Positions 9,924 through 17,704 are shown, counted from the first letter of the stretch. The stretch is 64,000 nt of DNA from a virus (IMGVR_UViG_3300020308_000002:10576-74575); one strand, 5' to 3'. Notes: a model not told the origin generated them from the letters alone. A program made the numbers and translations.

Positions 9924-10716
9924 CCTATTTATACGAGTTATATCTGTATTACAAGTCTACCGAGTCGTTAAAGGCGTTAGCCCTGGTTTTCTGATGTTAA
10001 GCGGCGGATAAGCGCTTCGTAGCTCTTTATCGCGTTTTCTCCTCATGAAGCGTTTTAACTCCCCTTAAGAGGGCCTCGCGGGAAAATCTCGAAAAATGTT
10101 GCTCAGCGAGATATACATCAAACACCCTCGCCTAGTTGAAGCACCGCTCAAACAAAAAAAAGAAGGGCATATGTAATGAAGCGACGCAGCAAATGTTAAA
10201 CAGCAGAAGACTTATGTTAGTTAATTGTTTAACAACAGAAGAACTATCTGACTACGTTTAATGTTTAGCTGCGGAAGTTTGCGTTGCGACGTGTTACGCG
10301 ACCGCGTTCAAGGGTGCAATCCATAGTTATCTTTTGCATAATCTATTGTTTCCCTTACGAGCCTGAGTTAGCAACAGTTATCCCACGCATCCCCGCATAC
10401 ATAGCGCATTTATCGCACTGCCCCTTCTTCGCTCTCTCGAGGGCGTCAAACCCTGTGACACTAGGCTAACACGTACCCAGTTGCTAACCGCTGCGCTCGT
10501 TTCACTCGCTTGCTTATAATGATTCACTCCAAATTGCTACGCAATTGAGTTCACTTTTCCCATGGCTCCCCATGCGCTCGCTAATGCTCGCTTTGTGTTC
10601 GCATTTTGAGTTACCTGTTTACATTGTGACGATCACGCCTACTGTTTAGTAGATTAGTTGACAAATATAGCTACTTTGTGGAGATAATGCAAGTTTTGAT
10701 GTTAGTGCGATGTTAA
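9924..10716. other. Non-coding divergence region between the late block (leftward) and early block (rightward); candidate genome terminus/control region
   Basis: About 790 bp with no convincing ORF; short GCTCG(C/T)T repeats at 10493-10510 and 10574-10602. Confidence 0.5.
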
Positions 10717-10738
10717 TGCAGTAATTCAACAATGCATT
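10717..10738 (+). promoter_or_regulatory. 22-bp early motif, copy 1
   Basis: TGCAGTAATTCAACAATGCATT directly before ATG 10739. Confidence 0.8.
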
Positions 10739-10987
10739 ATGTCTATCCAAGTTAAGAGTATTACAACTAGCACCGCTAAGTATGTATACAGCTTGAACAA
10801 GGAATTTAAGACTTGCGTGATCACTTACCTGCCTAAGGCTAAGAATCCACGCAATAAGGTGTATGCTCAGTGCTCGCTGTTGATGTCCCTTGAAACAGCC
10901 AAAGAGCACTGGAAGAAGACCCAGACCTTGGCTGGTCATCCCAGATACACCACTAAGAAGGTCAAGAAACTCCCTGCCGCTAGGTAG
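10739..10987 (+). CDS. Early hypothetical protein
   Basis: 82 aa, flanked by motif copy 1 and a terminator. Confidence 0.75.
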   Translation: MSIQVKSITTSTAKYVYSLNKEFKTCVITYLPKAKNPRNKVYAQCSLLMSLETAKEHWKKTQTLAGHPRYTTKKVKKLPAAR

Positions 10988-10995
10988 GGTTTTTT
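10972..10995 (+). terminator. Intrinsic terminator
   Basis: CCCTGCC-GCTA-GGTAGGG then TTTTTT. Confidence 0.8.
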
Positions 10996-10997
10996 AT

Positions 10998-11019
10998 TGG
11001 ACTAATTCAACAATGCATT
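10998..11019 (+). promoter_or_regulatory. 22-bp early motif, copy 2
   Basis: TGGACTAATTCAACAATGCATT directly before ATG 11020. Confidence 0.8.
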
Positions 11020-11244
11020 ATGAAATCATCTTCGATTCTCTATCCTATTTGTGTTTTTTGTTTCTCTTGGGGAACAATCATGTTAGTAAACCAGCTTGTG
11101 ACTGGCTTGTCTGCCTCTACTCAAATGCAATGCGCTGGAGCGGAGTATTTGAGAGGCGATCAACGCGCTCAAAAGCTGGCTTTAGTTGAGTTTTGCCGCG
11201 ATAATGGTTACTACGTTGGTAAGCATTTGCAGCAAGAGCAATAA
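11020..11244 (+). CDS. Early small membrane protein
   Basis: 74 aa, N-terminal hydrophobic helix, C-x20-C. Confidence 0.7.
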   Translation: MKSSSILYPICVFCFSWGTIMLVNQLVTGLSASTQMQCAGAEYLRGDQRAQKLALVEFCRDNGYYVGKHLQQEQ

Positions 11245-11250
11245 CCCAAA

Positions 11251-11285
11251 GCCCCTGTCTAGGTCGTCCTGGATGGGGGTTTTTT
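11251..11285 (+). terminator. Intrinsic terminator
   Basis: CCCCTGTCTAGG-TCGT-CCTGGATGGGGG then T-tract. Confidence 0.8.
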
Positions 11286-11287
11286 AA

Positions 11288-11309
11288 TGTAGTAACTCAA
11301 CAATGCATT
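11288..11309 (+). promoter_or_regulatory. 22-bp early motif, copy 3
   Basis: TGTAGTAACTCAACAATGCATT directly before ATG 11310. Confidence 0.8.
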
Positions 11310-11465
11310 ATGAATGAGTTGTGGGCAGTCATCCTAGATAGGAAGTTTTCTAGCTTCCATCGATCTAGAGAGGATGCAGAGTCTGAAGCATTCTTGCTTG
11401 AGGTCGTCCTGTGCGAACCTAATAAACCTAGTCATATCGTTGACTACGTTCAGTTATCTGCTTAA
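11310..11465 (+). CDS. Early small protein (MNELWAVILDWKFSSFHRSREDAESEAF..., 51 aa)
   Basis: Translated by hand; below the ORF-track cutoff; flanked by motif and terminator. Confidence 0.7.
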   Translation: MNELWAVILDRKFSSFHRSREDAESEAFLLEVVLCEPNKPSHIVDYVQLSA

Positions 11466-11495
11466 GTACATCAGTACTACCCCTTATCCACTACG

Positions 11496-11540
11496 TTCCC
11501 CTCGGTCGGTCTGGTCTTCAGGTCGGTCGGGGGAATTTTT
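11496..11540 (+). terminator. Intrinsic terminator with a G-U-rich stem
   Basis: TTCCCCTCGGTCGGTCTG / CAGGTCGGTCGGGGGAA then TTTTT. Confidence 0.7.
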
Positions 11541-11542
11541 AG

Positions 11543-11564
11543 TGCAGTAACTCAACACTGCATT
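11543..11564 (+). promoter_or_regulatory. 22-bp early motif, copy 4
   Basis: TGCAGTAACTCAACACTGCATT, 19 nt before ATG 11584. Confidence 0.8.
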
Positions 11565-11583
11565 ATTCTCTCTATCCACCACC

Positions 11584-11763
11584 ATGGTTAACGATTTAAT
11601 TACTGAGTATCTTGCTCAAGAGGATCACGCTTTGTTTTCCCTTCTTAGAGCCACTAGTAATTATGCGGCAAGTCTTGGTACCACTGACGAGTTTAACTAC
11701 AGGTCGACTGTAGCCCTCCGAGCTCGTTCCTTCGGTATCGACCCAGCCGCCTTCCTCGATTAG
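11584..11763 (+). CDS. Early small protein (MVNDLITEYLAQEDHALF..., 59 aa)
   Basis: Translated by hand; flanked by motif and terminator. Confidence 0.7.
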   Translation: MVNDLITEYLAQEDHALFSLLRATSNYAASLGTTDEFNYRSTVALRARSFGIDPAAFLD

Positions 11764-11782
11764 GTCAGCCTATCCCATGTAT

Positions 11783-11815
11783 CCCCTGCCAGTTCTAGCT
11801 GGTGGGGGTCTTTTT
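11783..11815 (+). terminator. Intrinsic terminator
   Basis: CCCCTGCCAGT-TCTA-GCTGGTGGGG then TCTTTTT. Confidence 0.8.
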
Positions 11816-11817
11816 AT

Positions 11818-11839
11818 TGCAGTAATTCAACACTGCATT
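11818..11839 (+). promoter_or_regulatory. 22-bp early motif, copy 5
   Basis: TGCAGTAATTCAACACTGCATT, 21 nt before ATG 11861. Confidence 0.8.
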
Positions 11840-11860
11840 GTTCTCTATCTCCACCTAAAA

Positions 11861-12307
11861 ATGGTTGCAACTCCAACTAAAACTCCTGCAAAAGCATCCG
11901 CCAAGGCTGCTACTCCAGAGCGTATCGATGATGACGTCGTTATTGTCGGTCTGCTCAAGAACACACAGGAGTTTATTGGGCAAGGTGAAAACGCTAAGCG
12001 TCAAGCCAAAGGCTTCCTTAGCTGCAGTTCTACTGACACCTTCAATGATCAGAAGATCAACATCGACTTACCTGTCGACAACTTTATTGCTAGTGACAAC
12101 GGTGTTCCATTAGCCCAAGAGTTGCTTGATTTACAAGCCAAGCACTCAGAAAAAGGCCAGTGGGTCAAAGTTGCCTTAAAAGGCTTCTGGGTTCCTTCTT
12201 CTAGCCCACAGTTAATGGGAGGCTACATGAAGGCTCAGTACAAGGCTCTTAGAGTTAAGAGTTACAAGATCATCAGATCTAGTCTTGACAAGCCTGTCAC
12301 TAAGTAA
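11861..12307 (+). CDS. Early hypothetical protein (MVATPTKTPAK...)
   Basis: Start moved to ATG 11861 because the track start lies inside the terminator. Confidence 0.75.
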   Translation: MVATPTKTPAKASAKAATPERIDDDVVIVGLLKNTQEFIGQGENAKRQAKGFLSCSSTDTFNDQKINIDLPVDNFIASDNGVPLAQELLDLQAKHSEKGQWVKVALKGFWVPSSSPQLMGGYMKAQYKALRVKSYKIIRSSLDKPVTK

Positions 12308-12314
12308 CTTACTT

Positions 12315-12344
12315 GCCACCTAGCTTCGGCTGGGTGGCTTTTTT
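12315..12344 (+). terminator. Intrinsic terminator
   Basis: GCCACCTAGC-TTCG-GCTGGGTGGC then TTTTTT. Confidence 0.9.
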
Positions 12345-12346
12345 AT

Positions 12347-12368
12347 TGCTCCAACTCAACATTGGTCA
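12347..12368 (+). promoter_or_regulatory. 22-bp early motif, copy 6 (variant flanks)
   Basis: TGCTCC-AACTCAAC-ATTGGTCA; the last A is the A of ATG 12368. Confidence 0.65.
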
Positions 12369-12637
12369 TGAGGTACAACGACATAACTGGTCAGCCACAG
12401 CCTGGTCAGTCCACTGAAACTTTTATTCCTTTTGGTTGCATATCAGCCAAAGAAGCTTTATTACTCATAGATGCTATGCAACGATCTAATGCGAGAGGAT
12501 TAGAACGTGTACATGCTGAGATGATTAGAGCTGTTGAATGTTATTTCGATCATACGGATAATAAGGTTCGTGAACTTGACAACTGTGAAACCAAGCTCAA
12601 GCAGTACGCTAAGCAACAACAGAAGGTGAAATCATGA
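12368..12637 (+). CDS. Early hypothetical protein
   Basis: MRYNDITGQ..., 89 aa. Confidence 0.7.
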   Translation: MRYNDITGQPQPGQSTETFIPFGCISAKEALLLIDAMQRSNARGLERVHAEMIRAVECYFDHTDNKVRELDNCETKLKQYAKQQQKVKS

Positions 12638-12810
12638 GTGACCGACGTGGTCTCGAAGGTCTTCCTAAGAAGATCAACCCTGCTAAGACTGAATGGATAG
12701 GCACTCACCTAACTACCAGTCTTTACGAGGAAGAAGAGATTCCAGACAGAGAAGGCTATGCCGCAAGCTGTCTAATGGAAGACGATACTCTTGATGAATC
12801 CCACATATAG
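12634..12810 (+). CDS. Early small acidic protein (MSDRRGLEGLPKK..., 58 aa)
   Basis: ATGA overlap with the previous gene; ends just before a terminator. Confidence 0.65.
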   Translation: MSDRRGLEGLPKKINPAKTEWIGTHLTTSLYEEEEIPDREGYAASCLMEDDTLDESHI

Positions 12811-12816
12811 ATACAC

Positions 12817-12843
12817 AGCTCCACCTTCGGGTGGGGCTTTTTT
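12817..12843 (+). terminator. Intrinsic terminator
   Basis: AGCTCCACC-TTCG-GGTGGGGCT then T-tract. Confidence 0.9.
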
Positions 12844-12845
12844 AT

Positions 12846-12867
12846 TGCACTAACTCAACAGTGCGTC
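12846..12867 (+). promoter_or_regulatory. 22-bp early motif, copy 7
   Basis: TGCACT-AACTCAAC-AGTGCGTC, compensatory change in the flanking inverted repeat. Confidence 0.75.
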
Positions 12868-12885
12868 CTCCTACTTACTATTCAA

Positions 12886-13278
12886 ATGACACCACCTAAC
12901 TCAAAGTGGGACATTGCACCTGTTCAGCCCGGTGAACTGGTTGACTATGACCCAACTAACCACGACACTAGTAATAAGTACGAAAATTTCAAAGAATCCT
13001 TCTTAAATTTCTCTACTCAATTCCTTTTTGTCTGTTATTTCATGGCTCGCTTCACTCAAGAACTTTGCCATAAGCTTTTACCTCCTATTGTTCGCTTCCT
13101 CTGGCAGATCAAGAAGCTAGCAGCTAGGTATGAATCTTGGGCAAAGAAGAACAAGCCATTTATGCAAATTATTGAATATCTATACAGTTTTAGAAGAGAA
13201 GACTATTGGGTCGGAAAGACCAAGACTGGACGATTACAGAAGCCTGATGGCACCTTCCTCAAGAAGACTAAACCCTAA
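12886..13278 (+). CDS. Early hypothetical protein
   Basis: 130-aa ORF after motif copy 7. Confidence 0.7.
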   Translation: MTPPNSKWDIAPVQPGELVDYDPTNHDTSNKYENFKESFLNFSTQFLFVCYFMARFTQELCHKLLPPIVRFLWQIKKLAARYESWAKKNKPFMQIIEYLYSFRREDYWVGKTKTGRLQKPDGTFLKKTKP

Positions 13279-13487
13279 GCCCCGTATGCCACTTCAGGTT
13301 GATAACTGCCTGACATTGTATATTCAGGTTCACTATTCTCAGGAGACATAGCATTGAAAGTCTTCTGTAAAGACGGTATCAACTTGTCACTCCTAAAGCT
13401 TCGACGCAGGCTATCCAAGTTACCATCCTTCAAACCTTTTTTCAGGTCAAGATCAAATAATTCTCCTGCAAATCTTAGGTCGTCCAT
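13275..13487 (-). CDS. Hypothetical protein
   Basis: 70 aa, converges on the 12886 gene. Confidence 0.5.
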   Translation of the reverse strand: MDDLRFAGELFDLDLKKGLKDGNLDSLRRSFRSDKLIPSLQKTFNAMSPENSEPEYTMSGSYQPEVAYGA

Positions 13488-13511
13488 TCTTTATCCTCTC
13501 TTACTTGACAA

Positions 13512-13620
13512 ATCCGAACAGTCTCCTGCTGAGATATATAGGCAGAAGAGTGAGTATTCCCATGAGCCTCCATGGAATACAAGATCTTTCTTGCCATGTC
13601 ACATTCAGCAGGAGTTGGAT
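13512..13620 (+). ncRNA. Candidate rod-like structured RNA
   Basis: Nested stems ATCCGA/TTGGAT, CTCCTGCTGA/TCAGCAGGAG, GATAT/ATGTC, GGCA..GAG/CTT..TGCC and GTATTCCCATG/CATGGAATAC. Confidence 0.45.
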
Positions 13621-13626
13621 TTTTAA

Positions 13627-14232
13627 TCATACTAAAGTGTTTGCTCTGTCAACAATTTGCTGCTCTGTGCTTTCTACGTAAGCCATAAGATCAAGTAGTC
13701 CTGAGCCTGCTGCAGTCAAAGCGGAACCTCCCGCTACACCAGCTACACCTGCTCTTGCTACTTGTGCTTGTCTAAATGATGCTGTCCTCTGATCTGGAGA
13801 TCCTCCCATAAATGTCAAGGCGTCACCCACTGCTCCTGCTATATCTGCTCTTGTATTAGGCATTCCACCTAAAGCCGCTTGTATAGCAGTTCTGTCTCCT
13901 GGCTGTACTTGAGATAATACTGCCTTGGCATCTGCTGAGAAAGCGTCTGGATTAGTAATCATCCGAACAGGATTCCTACTCTGTCTTGCAACAATCGCTT
14001 CTGCAAGGCGTTGTTTATCCTGTTCTCCTATTAACTCATCTGTAGCAGCCTGAATCCGAGCATTCGTTCTGTTGGCACCAAAGTTGCTAACGTTTGCACC
14101 TGCTTCACGCAAAGCTTGAGCTATTGAAGCATCAGCCTGACCAACAGAAGGCACAGCATTCTGAGCAGCTAAATACCTTTTATTAATAGCTTGCTGTAAT
14201 TGGTTAAGTCGAGTCTGTGGATTGATGTTCAC
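13627..14232 (-). CDS. Hypothetical Ala/Gln-rich protein with a C-terminal Gly/Ala hydrophobic segment (late-type gene inside the early block)
   Basis: 201 aa, GTG start; composition resembles 48495-49415 and 7047-7556. Confidence 0.7.
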   Translation of the reverse strand: MNINPQTRLNQLQQAINKRYLAAQNAVPSVGQADASIAQALREAGANVSNFGANRTNARIQAATDELIGEQDKQRLAEAIVARQSRNPVRMITNPDAFSADAKAVLSQVQPGDRTAIQAALGGMPNTRADIAGAVGDALTFMGGSPDQRTASFRQAQVARAGVAGVAGGSALTAAGSGLLDLMAYVESTEQQIVDRANTLV

Positions 14233-14249
14233 GCCTTAAAAATTCTATC

Positions 14250-14277
14250 AATACATCTATATTAGGTGTATTTTTTT
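14250..14277 (+). terminator. Terminator-like hairpin
   Basis: AATACATCTA-TAT-TAGGTGTATT then T-tract. Confidence 0.6.
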
Positions 14278-14279
14278 GG

Positions 14280-14301
14280 TGATCTAATTCAACAATGCAT
14301 T
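14280..14301 (+). promoter_or_regulatory. 22-bp early motif, copy 8
   Basis: TGATCTAATTCAACAATGCATT. Confidence 0.75.
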
Positions 14302-14347
14302 TTATGTATTATTGCGTAGATCTTCTGTTCACAACTACCAAACACCT

Positions 14348-14770
14348 ATGACCCTACACTTGGGTACTAAATCGTTCTCGTTCTTCATCAGACCAGACGT
14401 ATTTAATAAGACTGGTTTAATATCAGTCGGTTTCTGCCGTAACAGGCACACCAAAGCCTGCATGGAAGATCACATCACTCTTGGTGCAAGATCTGACACG
14501 CTTGCTGAATTCGTTGCCAACGAAGATCCAACAAACACTTGTTCTGTTGACGGCAAGACATACTCAGCCAAGTCAATTGGTTGGGGTCGTGATGAACATG
14601 GTAATCCACAGAAGATTACATACTCAGCCGAGGAGATTGCAGCGAGAGCCAAGCTACGTGCTATCAACAAAGCCGAGGAAGAACTCAGGCGTCAGAAATT
14701 AGATCTCGAGATCAACAATGTTGACGCTGACTCCGAGATTGTAGTTGACACCTTTTCTACACCCGCGTAA
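14348..14770 (+). CDS. Early hypothetical protein (MTLHLGTKSFSFF...)
   Basis: ATG 14348 chosen; track ORF opens at TTG 14312. Confidence 0.7.
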   Translation: MTLHLGTKSFSFFIRPDVFNKTGLISVGFCRNRHTKACMEDHITLGARSDTLAEFVANEDPTNTCSVDGKTYSAKSIGWGRDEHGNPQKITYSAEEIAARAKLRAINKAEEELRRQKLDLEINNVDADSEIVVDTFSTPA

Positions 14771-14947
14771 CTAACCGCGTAACTAGATGATGCTGGCGTT
14801 GTCGTTCTGCTGACATGACAGCGCCAGCTCTACCCAATCCTTGATTTCTGCGGCATCATTCGCAAGCAGCATATTTAATTATGAATATAAATGAATTTAG
14901 TCCTGTTGCGGATAGTCCACGCAGTCAACACCTGCTTGAACTTATTG

Positions 14948-15304
14948 ATGCCATCAAACAATCTCAAGCAACTTTACGATCTTCGGGAGACTCAAAGAAT
15001 CAAGGAAAGATTGACACACTCATTAACACAATCAACAGGAAACTTTATGCATCCTGAAGATCGGTATAGAATCAACCCCTTTCGTGGCGACTTCAAACGC
15101 CTATTTATTCATGACCTCAAAACAGACCTCGCCTGGGTCGAAGACTTCGACTGTGAAATCGACGCAGGAAACCACTGCCTCAACATCTATTCCAGTGAGT
15201 ACTTCGAAGGTACTCTCGAAAGATCTAAGGCACCGAATCAGCTCATTCGACTTAGCTCTTCAACATCAGAGCTCACTCAAAGACCTAGACCAAGCAATAG
15301 TTGA
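14948..15304 (+). CDS. Hypothetical protein
   Basis: Start uncertain (14891/14948/15047); tail overlaps the next gene. Confidence 0.5.
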   Translation: MPSNNLKQLYDLRETQRIKERLTHSLTQSTGNFMHPEDRYRINPFRGDFKRLFIHDLKTDLAWVEDFDCEIDAGNHCLNIYSSEYFEGTLERSKAPNQLIRLSSSTSELTQRPRPSNS

Positions 15305-15797
15305 TCTAGAGAGTGAAGATCCTGTTAAGAACCAAGAAGCTGTCAGCAAGATTGAGGTGTACTTAGCTGATAAAGAGAACTTCGAGAACAAGGCTACAGA
15401 CCTTCTCAACTTCTCGTTTGCTTTGATAGCTATGGCTAATGCAAAGAAAGCAGAAGCAGACAGGCTGAAGAAACTAGCTATCCCAGAGCTAGCTAAAGCT
15501 TATCGATTACAGCAGCTAGTAATCAGATTATTCAGGACAATCATTAACGATGACAACAAACTGACTAATTACAGATTGCCTATGCATACAATCAAATCCA
15601 TGATTACTTCGTCAGTACATGTGGATGAGTACCTTTGCGATCCCGATAGTTTGCCAGATGAATTCAAAAGAACCAAAACAACGGTAAACAAACAATCACT
15701 CAAAGAGGCTTTCAAAGCATCTATCAAGAACAAGACAAAATCTCCATCATATGAAGGAGTTGAATTCATCCAAGAGCGCCAATGGAGAGTTGAATGA
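15195..15797 (+). CDS. Siphovirus Gp157-family (Gam-like) protein
   Basis: AKKAEADRLKKL coiled coil, LPDEFKRTKTTVNKQSLKEAFK, and C-terminal YEGVEFIQERQWRVE; GTG start tentative. Confidence 0.7.
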   Translation: MSTSKVLSKDLRHRISSFDLALQHQSSLKDLDQAIVDLESEDPVKNQEAVSKIEVYLADKENFENKATDLLNFSFALIAMANAKKAEADRLKKLAIPELAKAYRLQQLVIRLFRTIINDDNKLTNYRLPMHTIKSMITSSVHVDEYLCDPDSLPDEFKRTKTTVNKQSLKEAFKASIKNKTKSPSYEGVEFIQERQWRVE

Positions 15798-16390
15798 GTG
15801 ACAAGTATGACTTCTTTGCCTCTACAAGCAAAGGAGCCAGTGAAGTAACTCTTACTCCAGTCTCCCCAGAGGCTATGAAGTTCATCCCTGAACTATTCCC
15901 TGATTTGAAACTCGGTCAGTCTGTGGTTTACAGCCTACGTGACCTGTATCAAATCGTTGACCTGTTTATTCCACCGCATTTTTCTATCAAATGGTTACCA
16001 CCACTCCGACCTCCGTCTTCATCTTCACCTCGAACCCCCAGCTCAGCGCCAAGCCAGCTCAGAGGCAAGACGGCATCCACTATGCCTATTACAACGCCCC
16101 AGCAAAAAACGGAGGAGGGGGAGAATGCTCCGTCAGCTTCCCCGAAAGCGTCAAAGACCATGTCAAGGTTGGGCAACCCTTCAGTGTTGACGGCACACCC
16201 ATCGCAGGACTTGGATACACCACTCGCATCCAATACGATGAGAGATACAAGTGTTCCATGCTCATATTTGACTACATCAAACAAGAAAGCCACCAAGAGG
16301 TGGAAGAAAGTGCTCCGTTCATATCAACACCTTTCCCTACCGAGGGATGGGGAGATGCAGACGGTATCACTGCAACTGCCCAGCCAGTAA
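15794..16390 (+). CDS. Hypothetical protein with a long Ser/Pro/Thr tail overprinting the next gene
   Basis: ATGA-coupled start; about 66 globular-looking aa followed by a low-complexity tail. Confidence 0.55.
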   Translation: MSDKYDFFASTSKGASEVTLTPVSPEAMKFIPELFPDLKLGQSVVYSLRDLYQIVDLFIPPHFSIKWLPPLRPPSSSSPRTPSSAPSQLRGKTASTMPITTPQQKTEEGENAPSASPKASKTMSRLGNPSVLTAHPSQDLDTPLASNTMRDTSVPCSYLTTSNKKATKRWKKVLRSYQHLSLPRDGEMQTVSLQLPSQ

Positions 16391-16680
16391 GGAACGGTAT
16401 TCCTAGAGCTGGAGTCAGAGCACCGCAAGCCAGAAGAAATGCAGCTCGCAGTGAAACAGAACACGCTAAACGTGTACGTGAAGCTGGTGATCGTTTAAAC
16501 CCACGATTCAAAGAGCTTCTTGACGAGTACATCAACGGTCAAGTCTATGCCGCAGGCAAACTTGGATGCAGAGAACCTATCCGTCAAGACACAATTCAGA
16601 AACATGTTACTTCAGTAGGTATTGCTTACGTTGACTATCTCAAGTCACAAGTGCAAACTGAAAACATCATTGAAGATTAA
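15991..16680 (+). CDS. Hypothetical protein
   Basis: 229 aa with normal composition. Confidence 0.7.
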   Translation: MVTTTPTSVFIFTSNPQLSAKPAQRQDGIHYAYYNAPAKNGGGGECSVSFPESVKDHVKVGQPFSVDGTPIAGLGYTTRIQYDERYKCSMLIFDYIKQESHQEVEESAPFISTPFPTEGWGDADGITATAQPVRNGIPRAGVRAPQARRNAARSETEHAKRVREAGDRLNPRFKELLDEYINGQVYAAGKLGCREPIRQDTIQKHVTSVGIAYVDYLKSQVQTENIIED

Positions 16681-16683
16681 CTG

Positions 16684-16926
16684 ATGACAAGTCACAAAGT
16701 TTTTGAATTTTCCTTGCTTTTTAGTAAAAAATGGCCTTTTATTCGAACTTCTACCAAAACATTGGTGGAATATGACAATACTTGGCCTATCAAAAGTGAC
16801 TATCCACCCCCATTCACCCTCGATTCCTACAACATCCAGTGTCAAGATGAAACATTTAACACAACCACGGTACACAACGTCATTTGTGAAGACTCTGAAC
16901 CCCAAAGTACAGTTTTTGTTGACTGA
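16684..16926 (+). CDS. Hypothetical protein
   Basis: 80 aa, begins 3 nt after the previous stop. Confidence 0.5.
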   Translation: MTSHKVFEFSLLFSKKWPFIRTSTKTLVEYDNTWPIKSDYPPPFTLDSYNIQCQDETFNTTTVHNVICEDSEPQSTVFVD

Positions 16927-17065
16927 GATTGCCAAAGACAGTCAATACGACGAAGCACAAGTGCTTGAGAAACTGGTGGGCAAGATGGAAAAATACGTTG
17001 CCAACGGAGGCAGCATTAAAGATTCAGTTAAAGATATCTTCGCTGGCATAGGTGCTGAATTATGA
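16847..17065 (+). CDS. Small helical protein (MKHLTQPRYTTSF...)
   Basis: 72 aa, ATGA-coupled to the next gene. Confidence 0.55.
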   Translation: MKHLTQPRYTTSFVKTLNPKVQFLLTEIAKDSQYDEAQVLEKLVGKMEKYVANGGSIKDSVKDIFAGIGAEL

Positions 17066-17331
17066 CTCGTGCCAAACACACTACATCCCTCCTTCGGGAG
17101 GGGCTTGGGGTCAAAGTCGCTATCGATGACACCGAGTTTCATGCTTGGATTCCTTGCAAGAATCCTTCCGAACAATGGTCAATGGATCCTAGGATTCGTT
17201 CCTATCTTTTCATTAAAGGAAAAGGAGGAAACATGAAAATATTAAAACTATCAGAAGCTTGTACAGAGATCCAATGTATCCAAGCTATGAGTACAGATAA
17301 GTCAGTTGTCGTTCAATCTTTAGTTCCATGA
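17062..17331 (+). CDS. Hypothetical protein
   Basis: 89 aa, ATGA overlaps at both ends. Confidence 0.65.
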   Translation: MTRAKHTTSLLREGLGVKVAIDDTEFHAWIPCKNPSEQWSMDPRIRSYLFIKGKGGNMKILKLSEACTEIQCIQAMSTDKSVVVQSLVP

Positions 17332-17540
17332 AACAACAACAAATCAAATTTCTCATCAAGCCAGATGGCACAGTTGACGAGGAAGTTATTGGTGTTACTT
17401 GCAATGAATGCACAGCAATTACCAAGCATGTAGAAGCTAACCTAGGCACCATAACTAAGGTGACTTATAAGCCTGATTACTATGCACCTTGTGAGATTCG
17501 AACCGTCACTCAACACGAGTCAGAGTCTCTCGTCGACTGA
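17328..17540 (+). CDS. DUF2997-family protein
   Basis: IKFLIKPDGTVDEEVIGVTCNECTAITKHVEANLG matches the cyanobacterial family pattern. Confidence 0.75.
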   Translation: MKQQQIKFLIKPDGTVDEEVIGVTCNECTAITKHVEANLGTITKVTYKPDYYAPCEIRTVTQHESESLVD

Positions 17541-17587
17541 GCTATTGATCATAGCTGGTACATAAAAACTCAACATTTCTTTATCTT

Positions 17588-17704
17588 ATGAGCTTCATAG
17601 ACTACATAGGATTCTTTTCTTTATTCATTATTCTTTATGGCATCCAGAGAAAAGCAATCCATCGACGTAACAACAGGAGAACATCAAATGCCAGTCATTG
17701 CTGA
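17588..17704 (+). CDS. Small membrane peptide (MSFIDYIGFFSLFIILYGIQRK..., 38 aa)
   Basis: Translated by hand; TM segment plus basic tail. Confidence 0.4.
   Translation: MSFIDYIGFFSLFIILYGIQRKAIHRRNNRRTSNASHC

Noticed and set aside
9926-9933. T4 late promoter TATAAATA upstream of the 717-aa gene
   Set aside because: I did not find it recurring before other late genes, and no T4-like core genes are recognised
9924-10716. tRNA genes or short ORFs in the non-coding gap
   Set aside because: No cloverleaf with a TTCGA T-loop and acceptor stem found here or elsewhere in the window; track ORFs 10284-10469 and 10646-10939 lack coding features
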